Shown piece by piece: positions 9,137 to 16,932 of a stretch of 52,441 bases of DNA (position 1 is the stretch's first letter; each line of letters starts with the position of its first letter). The translations under genes and the position numbers were made by a program. The stretch is from Patescibacteria group bacterium (GTDB lineage: Bacteria > Patescibacteriota > Microgenomatia > UBA1400 > UBA12028). Where the stretch lies: positions 1 through 52,441 of the forward strand of contig DATIJC010000011.1 of NCBI GenBank assembly GCA_035479015.1, written 5' to 3'. A model generated the notes under the pieces. The model did no database searches and was not told where the DNA came from. It saw only the letters and a list, made by a program, of their open reading frames with translations.

Positions 9137-9803
9137 GGGCAACAATCAAGTCTACTACCTCTTCGATCGATAATGTACTCGTATCAATAACTTGCGCCCC
9201 CTCCACAACGTGGAGTGGATCAACATCACGCTCCATATCCCGACTATCACGCTCCAATAAATCCGCATGCACTTGCTCGAAAGTCACATCCTCACCCTTT
9301 GCAAGCAGCTCTACATGACGGCGGCGTGCCCGCTCAGTATCAGTTGCCGTCAAAAAGATTTTCATATCAGCATCTGGGAGAACACGGAATGTAATGTCAC
9401 GGCCTTCCATGACGACACTCTGTGCTTTGGCAATATCTTGTTGTTGGCGGACTAATTCGATCCGCAGCGCTTTGTGCGCCGCAACAATGGGTACGCCGCG
9501 GCTCACTTCGACTGTCCGTATTTTCCAAGAAACATCTTCGTTATCTATAAGTACCGTTGTTAATCGCCCATCCTGCTCATCCGCAGTCGGAGTGTGCATA
9601 GAGATTTTATGTTGTTTGACTACTTGCACAACCGAAGTCTCATCTTCCAGAGGAATATTGGCTCTAAGTGCTAACAAACAAGCGACTCTGTACATCGCGC
9701 CAGTGTCGACATATAAAAAGCCGAGACGCTGCGCTACTAATCTAGATACTGTACCCTTACCTGCAGCCACAGGTCCGTCGATTGCTATTTGAAAATTCTT
9801 CAT
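9102..9803 (-). CDS. cmk: cytidylate kinase
   Basis: 233 aa. Motifs IAIDGPVAAGKGT (P-loop), YVDTGAMYR and ERDSRD. Confidence 0.9.
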   Translation of the reverse strand: MKNFQIAIDGPVAAGKGTVSRLVAQRLGFLYVDTGAMYRVACLLALRANIPLEDETSVVQVVKQHKISMHTPTADEQDGRLTTVLIDNEDVSWKIRTVEVSRGVPIVAAHKALRIELVRQQQDIAKAQSVVMEGRDITFRVLPDADMKIFLTATDTERARRRHVELLAKGEDVTFEQVHADLLERDSRDMERDVDPLHVVEGAQVIDTSTLSIEEVVDLIVAHVKQKEKSAQA

Positions 9804-9805
9804 AA

Positions 9806-10495
9806 CTACCGATTATACCCGACACGTTCTACTACCTGATCTACGACTTCGCCAATAGAAAGTTTTGTTGTATCCAGCAACCAGGCATTTTCAGCGGGGC
9901 GCAGTGGATCGATAGCCCTGGTCATCTCACGCGTATCTCGATCCAATATGTGTTTTCGTACTTCTTCTCGTGACAGTGGAGTTCCTAATTTTCCCAATTG
10001 GGTGAATTTGCGCTCTACACGTGTCTCAATGGCAGCATCTAAGTAAATTTTGAGTTGAGCGTTTGGTAACACCTTCGTACCGATATCGCGACCCTCCATC
10101 ACCACATCATGACTGTCAGCGATTATTCTCTGCTGATTAACAAGTTCCTCACGCAAGTTTTCGAGGATAGCAACCCTGGATGCAGCCAACCCTATCTCTT
10201 CCTTGCGGATTTCCCAGGAAACATCTTTTCCGTCCAAAAGTACAGTCGTTAATCTCCCATCTGCTTCTTTCCCTTTTGGTACACGCATAGAAATTTTATG
10301 TTTTCTTACTTCAGCGACAATTTTTTCTTCGTCACCAAGAGAAATTTTCTTTTGCAGCGCAATAAATGCACTGGCTCGATACATTGCTCCGGTGTCGACA
10401 TATAAAAAGCCAAGTTTTTTGGCAAGCAGCACCGACACACTCCCCTTGCCAGCTGCAACTGGTCCGTCTATAGCTATCTGAAAAGGCGATCGCAT
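9806..10495 (-). CDS. cmk: cytidylate kinase (tandem paralogue)
   Basis: 229 aa. Motifs IAIDGPVAAGKGS, YVDTGAMYR and DRDTRE. Roughly half its residues match the downstream copy by eye. Confidence 0.9.
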   Translation of the reverse strand: MRSPFQIAIDGPVAAGKGSVSVLLAKKLGFLYVDTGAMYRASAFIALQKKISLGDEEKIVAEVRKHKISMRVPKGKEADGRLTTVLLDGKDVSWEIRKEEIGLAASRVAILENLREELVNQQRIIADSHDVVMEGRDIGTKVLPNAQLKIYLDAAIETRVERKFTQLGKLGTPLSREEVRKHILDRDTREMTRAIDPLRPAENAWLLDTTKLSIGEVVDQVVERVGYNR

Positions 10496-10582
10496 AACTA
10501 CCTATCCTACACGTTTCTTTACATTCGAAAAGATTTGACTTTAAATCAAACAGGAAGACAATGGTCAGCGAAAGGGGTGTTT

Positions 10583-10765
10583 ATGTGTGAAATTCTCAAT
10601 ATTATGGCAGTACATCATGAAGCGCGTAACCTTATTACTTTGGTTCGAGTAGATAAATTAAGAAAAGACGAGGCAATTAATAAGTTGCGTCAAGATTTCT
10701 CGTTGGAGCCTGAAATGGCACAAACATTGTTCGCCGAAGCAGAAGACTTTAAAAATCTATCGTAG
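10583..10765 (+). CDS. small hypothetical protein (60 aa from the first ATG)
   Basis: The track ORF starts at a TTG at 10535. The ATG at 10583 is preceded by AAAGGGGTG (SD-like). Overlaps the PfkB stop by 9 nt. Confidence 0.35.
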   Translation: MCEILNIMAVHHEARNLITLVRVDKLRKDEAINKLRQDFSLEPEMAQTLFAEAEDFKNLS

Positions 10766-11659
10766 TAGACCGGTTTTGGCACCAAGACTTTGCACTACAC
10801 TGGTCGCATTATCGACAGCAAAAGCAATTGCTTCATCCAGAGATTTACCACGAAGCAAAGCCCCCACTAAGCCGCTGGCAAATGCATCACCAGCACCAAG
10901 TTCGCTGACAGCTTTGACTGGCTTTGCCTCAAAATGACGGGAAGAGCCATCCTGATAGATTTCCCCGCCGTCTTTTCCTTTGGTAATCACTAGTAATTTC
11001 CCCATTTTAAATAACCGTTCTTTTTTCGACTCAATGACAGCAAATTCTTGATCGTTGACGATAATTTGATCACAGACATATTCGAATAAATCCCCGGTAC
11101 GCAGCACTACGTCTTCCAACTCATCTTTGCTTGGATTCCATGACAACCCCACTTTGTGATCACGGCACCATAGAAACAGTTCACGGATCAAATCACTATT
11201 GCCGACCGAGGAGAGGTGGATATGTTTCGTGCCTTCCAGAGATGCATAGGGAATATCCTGGTGCGACAGTTGGTACGATGCACCGCGAAACGTCATAGCG
11301 CTACGCGACCCATCAGGAGCCACCATTATTGCAGACATACCTGTTTGCTCGTCCGGCATCTCTACTACTAGTGACGTATCTACTCCTTCACGGGCACACT
11401 CATCGATGATCACTTGTGCGGCTGGATCTTTTCCCAATTCACCCACAAATGCAGCTTTTAACCCCTGGCGGGCAAACGACACACTCGTGTTGGTAGCGGC
11501 GCCTCCTGAGGAAAGCACTGCTTGTTCTACGTTCACTTTTCCACCCGAAATCTCACACAGCATCATTTCACCTGAGACGGCCGTGGGGGTGAAACTTTTG
11601 GACACAAACAACATATCCAAAACTGCACTTCCGATAGAGACAACATCAAAATTTGTCAT
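10757..11659 (-). CDS. PfkB-family carbohydrate/nucleoside kinase (ribokinase-like)
   Basis: 300 aa. N-terminal GGAATN and C-terminal GAGDAFASG signatures of the ribokinase/PfkB family. Confidence 0.85.
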   Translation of the reverse strand: MTNFDVVSIGSAVLDMLFVSKSFTPTAVSGEMMLCEISGGKVNVEQAVLSSGGAATNTSVSFARQGLKAAFVGELGKDPAAQVIIDECAREGVDTSLVVEMPDEQTGMSAIMVAPDGSRSAMTFRGASYQLSHQDIPYASLEGTKHIHLSSVGNSDLIRELFLWCRDHKVGLSWNPSKDELEDVVLRTGDLFEYVCDQIIVNDQEFAVIESKKERLFKMGKLLVITKGKDGGEIYQDGSSRHFEAKPVKAVSELGAGDAFASGLVGALLRGKSLDEAIAFAVDNATSVVQSLGAKTGLLR

Positions 11660-12270
11660 ACGATCGTCCTTGTTTGCATTTCCTGTTCAAACTCATCAAA
11701 AATATAGAGTACTTGTTGGATATCTGTGGCAATACGGAACACTTTCATTTCCGGACCTTCGATCAAAAAATTCTTGGTGATCACCGAAATGACTTCTTTC
11801 CAAAATTCACCAAATAGTATGAAAGGTTTGTGGTGGCCATAGTACAAATGCGCTAGTAGCCACGCGGTTGCCCACTCTGAGAGTGTCCCTGTCCCGCCAT
11901 AGAAAATGACAAATGCGTCGGCGTTATCCATCAGAGTAAACATGCGTTCAATATAGTTTTTCGTGCGTATCTCTTTATCGACAATATTACTCTTGTCTCT
12001 CCCTTCAAAGTTTGGCATGTCGGTCGGATAAAAAGTCACTGCTAAAGAGTGACCGCCCACCGATCGTGCTCCCTGTGAAGCCGCCTGCATCACACCTGGT
12101 CCGCCACCGTCGACAATCAGTCGACCTTCTTTCGCCAAAAGCTGGGCAACTGAAAATGCGTCTTTATATACGGGATGATCCTCTTTTATGTCTGCGGATC
12201 CAAAGATCGCTACCCGCTTGATATATGGCGAGTATTTTGGCGACGGGATGTTTGACTGAACCTTCATCAT
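11656..12270 (-). CDS. LOG/TIGR00730-family protein (nucleotide 5'-monophosphate phosphoribohydrolase-like)
   Basis: 204 aa. Motifs GGGPGVMQAAS and YGGTGTLSEW (PGGxGTxxE-like). Overlaps the PfkB gene by 4 nt. Confidence 0.85.
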   Translation of the reverse strand: MMKVQSNIPSPKYSPYIKRVAIFGSADIKEDHPVYKDAFSVAQLLAKEGRLIVDGGGPGVMQAASQGARSVGGHSLAVTFYPTDMPNFEGRDKSNIVDKEIRTKNYIERMFTLMDNADAFVIFYGGTGTLSEWATAWLLAHLYYGHHKPFILFGEFWKEVISVITKNFLIEGPEMKVFRIATDIQQVLYIFDEFEQEMQTRTIV

Positions 12271-12273
12271 AAA

Positions 12274-12308
12274 GACAGAGATAAGAGATTAGAGATAAGA
12301 GGTAAGAG
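12274..12308. repeat. heptanucleotide tandem tract (5 units)
   Basis: GACAGAG ATAAGAG ATTAGAG ATAAGAG GTAAGAG. On the minus strand it reads as CTCTNAT-type repeats, ending 3 nt upstream of the LOG start codon. Confidence 0.8.
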
Positions 12309-12367
12309 CATAAACACAGGACGCACAAAAAATTTCGGTTGTGAGACCCGATATAAGTGTACGAAAA

Positions 12368-13057
12368 TTAAGAGAGGGCTGCAATTGCAGTCGACAAATT
12401 GGCAGAGTCCCACAAATAACTTCCAGTGACTAATTCATCGGCTCCAGCTTCGCGGCATAATTTGGCCGTCTCAGGATTGATCCCAATGTCCACAGCAATG
12501 GCAAATGGGAGTTTTTGTTCATCTTTGATTTTTTTAAGTTCTCTGATTTTGGCAAGCACTTTTTCGCCAGCAAATTCCTCTCCCTGCTCCCCTGCTTTGT
12601 TTCCCATGACTTGAACGACAGCTAGTTTTTCGAAACAATTTTCTTCAATCGAATCTACTGGGGTATGCAAATCGAGTGAGAAACCTGCTTTCAAACCAAA
12701 CTCGCCCACTCTATGGATAAAGTCATTCTGACTTTCCATCCGCTCAATCTGAGCGATGACCGTACCGATTCCAGGCACATGACTGCATTCGACCACTTCA
12801 TCGATTGGGTCATTGGTCATCAGATGAACATCAACAGTTAGGCCGTTTAAATTTACTTCGATCAAATCTACTGGATAAATCGTGAGGTTATCTGCAAATA
12901 ACGGATCGATTATGTCAACTTGCACCCGTGACAACTTTGACTCGCGCACTACTCTATCCACTTGTTCCTGGATCACATTGATTGAGTCAGAAAGGATGGC
13001 GGGAACTACTGAAATCATAGTAGATACTATATCATTGGAATATATGGAAACCTTCAC
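12368..13057 (-). CDS. rpe: ribulose-phosphate 3-epimerase-like protein
   Basis: 229 aa. VQVDIIDPLF, DVHLMTNDP, VQVMGNKAGEQGEEF, IAVDIGI and TGSYLW parallel the Rpe barrel motifs. The start may instead be MISVVPAIL at 13018. Confidence 0.7.
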   Translation of the reverse strand: MKVSIYSNDIVSTMISVVPAILSDSINVIQEQVDRVVRESKLSRVQVDIIDPLFADNLTIYPVDLIEVNLNGLTVDVHLMTNDPIDEVVECSHVPGIGTVIAQIERMESQNDFIHRVGEFGLKAGFSLDLHTPVDSIEENCFEKLAVVQVMGNKAGEQGEEFAGEKVLAKIRELKKIKDEQKLPFAIAVDIGINPETAKLCREAGADELVTGSYLWDSANLSTAIAALS

Positions 13058-13307
13058 GATTCACAGCGAAGCTGATGTCAGCGCACTTCCAGAAGAAAAT
13101 GCAAAAAAATTGGTAAAGCTCTTGGCGATGATGGATAGACCGCTTGAGACACTTCCGATAGTAGAGCAGTTGCCAGCTCTCCAAAAGAGCAAAATACTAT
13201 TTGATTCAAGAAACAACAAGTCCGCAGATACTGATTATGTCGCTTTTCGCAGAACTGTATGGCTGGCGCTGCTGGAAAAAATTGGGTTAAATACCCAAAC
13301 TGTCTAG
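13044..13307 (+). CDS. possible small protein (87 aa) in the rpe-rpiB gap
   Basis: Internal ATG of track ORF 12882-13307. Fills an otherwise empty 229-bp gap. Balanced composition, no family recognised. Confidence 0.3.
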   Translation: METFTIHSEADVSALPEENAKKLVKLLAMMDRPLETLPIVEQLPALQKSKILFDSRNNKSADTDYVAFRRTVWLALLEKIGLNTQTV

Positions 13308-13727
13308 TTTTTGAATGCGGCGGATGTGACGCTCGCCATGTGAAAACGGCGTCGACAAAAATACGTGGACGAGTTCCTTTGCTTCATTTTCACCTGTCCA
13401 GTCTCCAGAGATCCCGATGATATTTGCATCGTTGTGATGCCTGGCATGTACCGCACTTTTTTCATCGTAGACGCTGACAGCCCGCACGCCTTTTATACGG
13501 TTCGCCGCAATCACCATGCCGCCGCTTGACCTACACAAAAGTATCCCTCGATTTTGCACATCCTCCACCACTTTTTGGGCAACTGCAAATGCATAGTCTG
13601 GATAATCGTCATTCGGATCTAAGACAATAGCGCCTAGATCTTCAAATGGCATCTGCCACTCATGTAACCAACCTTTCACTTTTTCCTTTAGTTGGAACCC
13701 GCCGTGGTCACATCCTAGATATATCAT
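13287..13727 (-). CDS. rpiB: ribose-5-phosphate isomerase B
   Basis: 146 aa. Motifs GCDHGG, CRSSGGMVIAANR and ARHHNDANI. Confidence 0.9.
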   Translation of the reverse strand: MIYLGCDHGGFQLKEKVKGWLHEWQMPFEDLGAIVLDPNDDYPDYAFAVAQKVVEDVQNRGILLCRSSGGMVIAANRIKGVRAVSVYDEKSAVHARHHNDANIIGISGDWTGENEAKELVHVFLSTPFSHGERHIRRIQKLDSLGI

Positions 13728-13759
13728 ACTGGTATACTATCACCTTGAAGTGTTTAGTT

Positions 13760-13846
13760 GGAGAGGTCGCATAGTGGTCTAGTGCCTCCGCTTGGAAAGC
13801 GGCTGGAGGGTTCTCCCTCACGCAGGTTCAAATCCTGTCCTCTCCG
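13760..13846 (+). tRNA. tRNA-Ser (anticodon GGA)
   Basis: Hand-folded cloverleaf. Acceptor GGAGAGG/CCTCTCC, anticodon loop TTGGAAA, long variable arm (GAGGG-TTCT-CCCTC), T-arm GCAGG-TTCAAAT-CCTGT, discriminator G. Confidence 0.9.
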
Positions 13847-13851
13847 CCTTC

Positions 13852-13886
13852 GTCCCGCAATGCGGGACTTCGGCGGACAAGTCCGC
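13852..13886 (+). other. two GC-rich stem-loops downstream of tRNA-Ser
   Basis: GTCCCGC-AAT-GCGGGAC is a perfect 7-bp stem, followed by GCGGAC-AA-GTCCGC. An alternative pairing GGACTT/AAGTCC overlaps both. There is no T-run, so it is not a classical terminator. Confidence 0.3.
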
Positions 13887-13892
13887 TAGAAT
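13887..13892 (+). promoter_or_regulatory. -10-like hexamer TAGAAT 6 nt upstream of the aquaporin start
   Basis: TAGAAT at 13887-13892, ATG at 13899, no SD. Confidence 0.3.
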
Positions 13893-13898
13893 AGGCAT

Positions 13899-14507
13899 AT
13901 GCAAAATTCAAAATATCTTGCCGAATTTATCGGCACATTCTTTTTAGTCACAGTTGTAGCATTCACGGGTAACCCACTTGCTATTGGTGCAGTACTGATG
14001 ACGATGGTCTATGTATTTGGCCACGTCAGTGGGGCTCACTTCAATCCGGCAGTAACGTTTGCTTTTTGGTTGAAGAAAAAGATGACGGGAAAAGAATCAC
14101 TGTATTATGTTTTATCTCAATTTTTAGGCGCGCTTGTTGCCGGCATTTTTTACTCTGTAAATACACGTTCTCTTTTCCTGCCCGAACCAGCCCTTCACGT
14201 CTCTTTTCTATGGGCAGTTGTCATCGAAGCGATATTTACATTTTTACTCGTAAACACGATTCTTCACACCGCCGCGGACAAAAGAGTCAAAGGCAACCAA
14301 TATTTTGGTCTCGCAATCGGCGCAGCATTATTTATAGGAGCTACAATTGGCGGACCAATCTCAGGAGGAGTCTTTAATCCAGCCGTTGGAATCGCCCCTT
14401 GGTTACTATCTACTCAAACAATTGGAAGTAATTTATCAGTCTTATTTATCTATCTCTGCGGTCCCTTGCTTGGCGCACTTGCAGCCTCCGCAATTAACGA
14501 TAAATAA
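13899..14507 (+). CDS. MIP-family channel (aquaporin/glycerol facilitator)
   Basis: 202 aa with six hydrophobic segments and two NPA boxes (HFNPAVT, VFNPAVG). Confidence 0.9.
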   Translation: MQNSKYLAEFIGTFFLVTVVAFTGNPLAIGAVLMTMVYVFGHVSGAHFNPAVTFAFWLKKKMTGKESLYYVLSQFLGALVAGIFYSVNTRSLFLPEPALHVSFLWAVVIEAIFTFLLVNTILHTAADKRVKGNQYFGLAIGAALFIGATIGGPISGGVFNPAVGIAPWLLSTQTIGSNLSVLFIYLCGPLLGALAASAINDK

Positions 14508-14517
14508 TCGTTGAGAA

Positions 14518-14673
14518 TTAGTATCCCTCACTAGATTGACCACCGAAATGAATACCGGCGTAGGAGCGGTTATCTTCTTGAGTCATTGCCAAACGAACTG
14601 ACGTACCTATCCCTAGGATAAGGACAATCAAAAGTATAATCAGCACGAGAATTTCTAGTTTATGTTTTTTCAT
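14518..14673 (-). CDS. small membrane protein (51 aa, absent from the ORF track)
   Basis: Hand translation gives MKKHKLEILVLIILLIVLILGIGTSVRLAMTQEDNRSYAGIHFGGQSSEGY. ATG start and an N-terminal TM helix. Confidence 0.3.
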   Translation of the reverse strand: MKKHKLEILVLIILLIVLILGIGTSVRLAMTQEDNRSYAGIHFGGQSSEGY

Positions 14674-14709
14674 TAATTGCCTCGTGTAGAATGATACTAT
14701 TCATATCCT

Positions 14710-15300
14710 ATGAGTGAACAGAAAAGAAATCCATTGGAATCACTTCGAACCACAAGCATGTACTTTACACCCGGAGAGCCTGGATACATTCCGGGCAGTT
14801 TAAATAGGAAGGAAAGGAAATCTGATCATGAAGTTTTCATGTATATCCGAAACGGAGTAAAAGAACTGAAAAGTGGTAGACCTTTTGGCAAACCAATACA
14901 ATTAGACGCCAGACAGACCGAAATTGTACTGGCTCGCCTCAAGTGGGACAAAGTAGAAATTGGCCAGCCAATTGAATATTCTACCGAAACAATAGAGGAC
15001 AAACCAAAACAGGGATCAGAAACTTTTAAGTTATCTGAAGGTCTTTATTTCCGTATAACATATGGAACGCAAGATGACGGAGAGGAAGGTTTTTCACAAT
15101 CAGTGTTCCCCGAGGGAGGTTTGCTATCCGGTGAAAAACCGGATCAGGTTGCCAGTCATCATGCCTCACTTAGCAACGTAGGAGAAGCTAGTGAGATCGT
15201 GCGCAATTATCCTCGATATAATAATCGCGAGAAAGAACAGACCAAGTCACAAAGTTTTCTGGGTAAAATTTTTCAACACAAACGTGAGAAAATTTGGTAA
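14710..15300 (+). CDS. hypothetical protein
   Basis: 196-aa ORF, hydrophilic, no family recognised. Confidence 0.5.
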   Translation: MSEQKRNPLESLRTTSMYFTPGEPGYIPGSLNRKERKSDHEVFMYIRNGVKELKSGRPFGKPIQLDARQTEIVLARLKWDKVEIGQPIEYSTETIEDKPKQGSETFKLSEGLYFRITYGTQDDGEEGFSQSVFPEGGLLSGEKPDQVASHHASLSNVGEASEIVRNYPRYNNREKEQTKSQSFLGKIFQHKREKIW

Positions 15301-15301
15301 G

Positions 15302-15664
15302 TTACTGTTTTGGCGCCAACTTACGCTTTTTAATCTTTTCCAATGAATACATGAGTCGTTCGTGAAGATTTATATTTTTGATGCGGGCGATGCGCAGGAT
15401 GGTCATCATCAGATCCCCCAGCTCTTGTTCATAGGTTTCGTCACGCTGGGCAGCTAAATTCAACTTCTTTCTGCCATGCTCAGCGAGGTAGGCCCTGGCA
15501 ACCTCTCCTACTTCTTCAACCAGTGAGAGAATTAATACTGAGCCATACTCATTACTATAGCGCTGTCCCTTATCAATATCCGAGAGCATGTTGAAGTACT
15601 CACGGAAGGGTGACTTATAAAATGGCTGTTTAGTTTTGACAGTAGTTGGTGTTTTTGTATCCAT
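15302..15664 (-). CDS. MazG-like nucleotide pyrophosphohydrolase
   Basis: 120 aa. The EEVGEV ... ELGDLMM helices are typical of the all-alpha NTP-PPase (MazG) fold. Confidence 0.72.
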   Translation of the reverse strand: MDTKTPTTVKTKQPFYKSPFREYFNMLSDIDKGQRYSNEYGSVLILSLVEEVGEVARAYLAEHGRKKLNLAAQRDETYEQELGDLMMTILRIARIKNINLHERLMYSLEKIKKRKLAPKQ

Positions 15665-15666
15665 AT

Positions 15667-16089
15667 TTATCTTTTCAGCATTTCTATCGCCTTCTCTACT
15701 ATACGCTTTGCTCCCTCATACTCTACCAAATGCAGCGCTTCATCGGGTGATACCCAACGGACATCTTCCATCTCAAAGTCATGTGTGTCAATTTCCCCAC
15801 TCACGTACTCCATCAAAAAATAGTGTACGGTTTTAAAAATACGAGTGCCATTTAAAATATACACGTATTTTTCTGGTGTACCTATTGGTTCAATTATTTT
15901 GGCCTTCACTCCAGCTTCTTCTTCCACTTCACGTATAGCCGTCTCTTCTAATTTCTCGCCCTTCTCCACCAGACCTTTTGGTAACACCCATTTATGGTAG
16001 CCGCTATGTTTACACACAAGGACAAAGGTTCCTTCGTTTGTTTTTTTGAAAACTACCCCGCCGGCTGAGATTTCATTTTTACTGTCCAT
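15667..16089 (-). CDS. NUDIX hydrolase
   Basis: 140 aa with Nudix box GLVEKGEKLEETAIREVEEEAGV. Confidence 0.88.
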   Translation of the reverse strand: MDSKNEISAGGVVFKKTNEGTFVLVCKHSGYHKWVLPKGLVEKGEKLEETAIREVEEEAGVKAKIIEPIGTPEKYVYILNGTRIFKTVHYFLMEYVSGEIDTHDFEMEDVRWVSPDEALHLVEYEGAKRIVEKAIEMLKR

Positions 16090-16133
16090 GCCACGATTCT
16101 AACGCCAATGTTAGAATACGCCTAGTGTTTATT

Positions 16134-16205
16134 GCTCCCGTAGGCTAATGGATAGACCGTGGGCCTCCGAAGCCTGAGATGTGCGTTCGATTCGCACCGG
16201 GAGCA
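16134..16205 (+). tRNA. tRNA-Arg (anticodon CCG)
   Basis: Acceptor GCTCCCG/CGGGAGC, anticodon loop CTCCGAA, T-arm GTGCG-TTCGATT-CGCAC. The D-stem has one mismatch. Confidence 0.85.
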
Positions 16206-16796
16206 CTAATTTTGAGGCGGCTCGTCTTTATCGAGTGGGAATTTGGCCTGCATCCAATTGGCGGCTTTATCCAGCCAGGTGGGACGTGGCTTCTCATGTA
16301 CTGTGTACTTGAGCATTATTTTCTTCATGTTTTCTTTTTCTACCCCATCCAAAAGAACTATCAAAACTCCCGGGAAAGCCCTTGCAGTCTCTACATGCAT
16401 GAGGTCATGGCCATACTTGGTTGTAAACCAGAACCGTCCAAGTTCTTCCCAATAAAATAGTTGGTCGCCGACGTGGATACCAAATGTAGAAACCCGGTTA
16501 TGAATATGATCTGGAGCAACTGAAGCAAGGACGTAGGAAACGAACGCCAAACTAATAACGACTGCAATAAATAAGAACTGCCCTGCAAAAAAGAGAATCA
16601 GCGAGACGAGGAAAACAATCACAGCGATCGTCGTGTAATATTCCCTGTCACGCTTTTTAAATGGGCGGGCCGGCGCATCCCACTCAAGCAGAACTTTTTC
16701 TTCATTGCGCTCATGTTCATTACGCTGCTCAGTAGTCTGCCCCGCCTGAGGTTCCTGATTTGTTTCCTGCGTGTCCATGCAATGAGTGTACCGCAT
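16206..16796 (-). CDS. hypothetical membrane protein
   Basis: The track ORF (to 16889) runs into the tRNA at 16828-16910, so it is trimmed to an internal ATG (16796; another is at 16778). Two adjacent TM helices are followed by a soluble domain. Confidence 0.55.
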   Translation of the reverse strand: MRYTHCMDTQETNQEPQAGQTTEQRNEHERNEEKVLLEWDAPARPFKKRDREYYTTIAVIVFLVSLILFFAGQFLFIAVVISLAFVSYVLASVAPDHIHNRVSTFGIHVGDQLFYWEELGRFWFTTKYGHDLMHVETARAFPGVLIVLLDGVEKENMKKIMLKYTVHEKPRPTWLDKAANWMQAKFPLDKDEPPQN

Positions 16797-16827
16797 TCTG
16801 GAATTTTTTGCCAAGGATTTGCGAAGG

Positions 16828-16910
16828 CGGAGGAGGTGGGACTCGAACCCACGAAACCTTTCGGTTGACAGTTTAGTAAACTGTTGCAATAGCCGCTATG
16901 CGACTCCTCC
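16828..16910 (-). tRNA. tRNA-Ser with anticodon ACU (A34)
   Basis: Acceptor GGAGGAG/CTCCTCC, anticodon arm ACAGT-TTACTAA-ACTGT, long variable arm (AACC-GAAA-GGTT), T-arm GTGGG-TTCGAGT-CCCAC, discriminator G. The loop sequence is confirmed by the overlapping track ORFs (..CNSLLNC..). Confidence 0.8.
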
Positions 16911-16932
16911 AATCGCGCTATTATAAATCCTG

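Noticed and set aside
12274-12308. Heptamer tracts considered as a CRISPR array or CRISPR remnant.
   Set aside because: The units are 7 nt and contiguous, with no spacers, and no cas genes are present. They are simple tandem repeats.
12325-12353. Rho-independent terminator after the rpe-like gene. The minus strand reads TCGGGTCTCACAACCGA followed by AAATTTTTT.
   Set aside because: The stem is only 4-5 bp and has a bulge. The T-run is present but the hairpin is too weak to call.
13852-13886. Attenuator or riboswitch upstream of the aquaporin gene.
   Set aside because: There are two short GC hairpins with mutually exclusive alternatives, but no conserved riboswitch motif, no leader peptide and no T-run. 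They are more likely tRNA 3'-processing or insulating structures. Reported only as a low-confidence stem-loop feature.
16797-16889. N-terminal 31 codons of track ORF 16206-16889, and the whole 97-aa ORF 16619-16912.
   Set aside because: They are read through the minus-strand tRNA-Ser(ACU) gene, so the translated peptide is just the tRNA sequence. The CDS was trimmed to an internal ATG.
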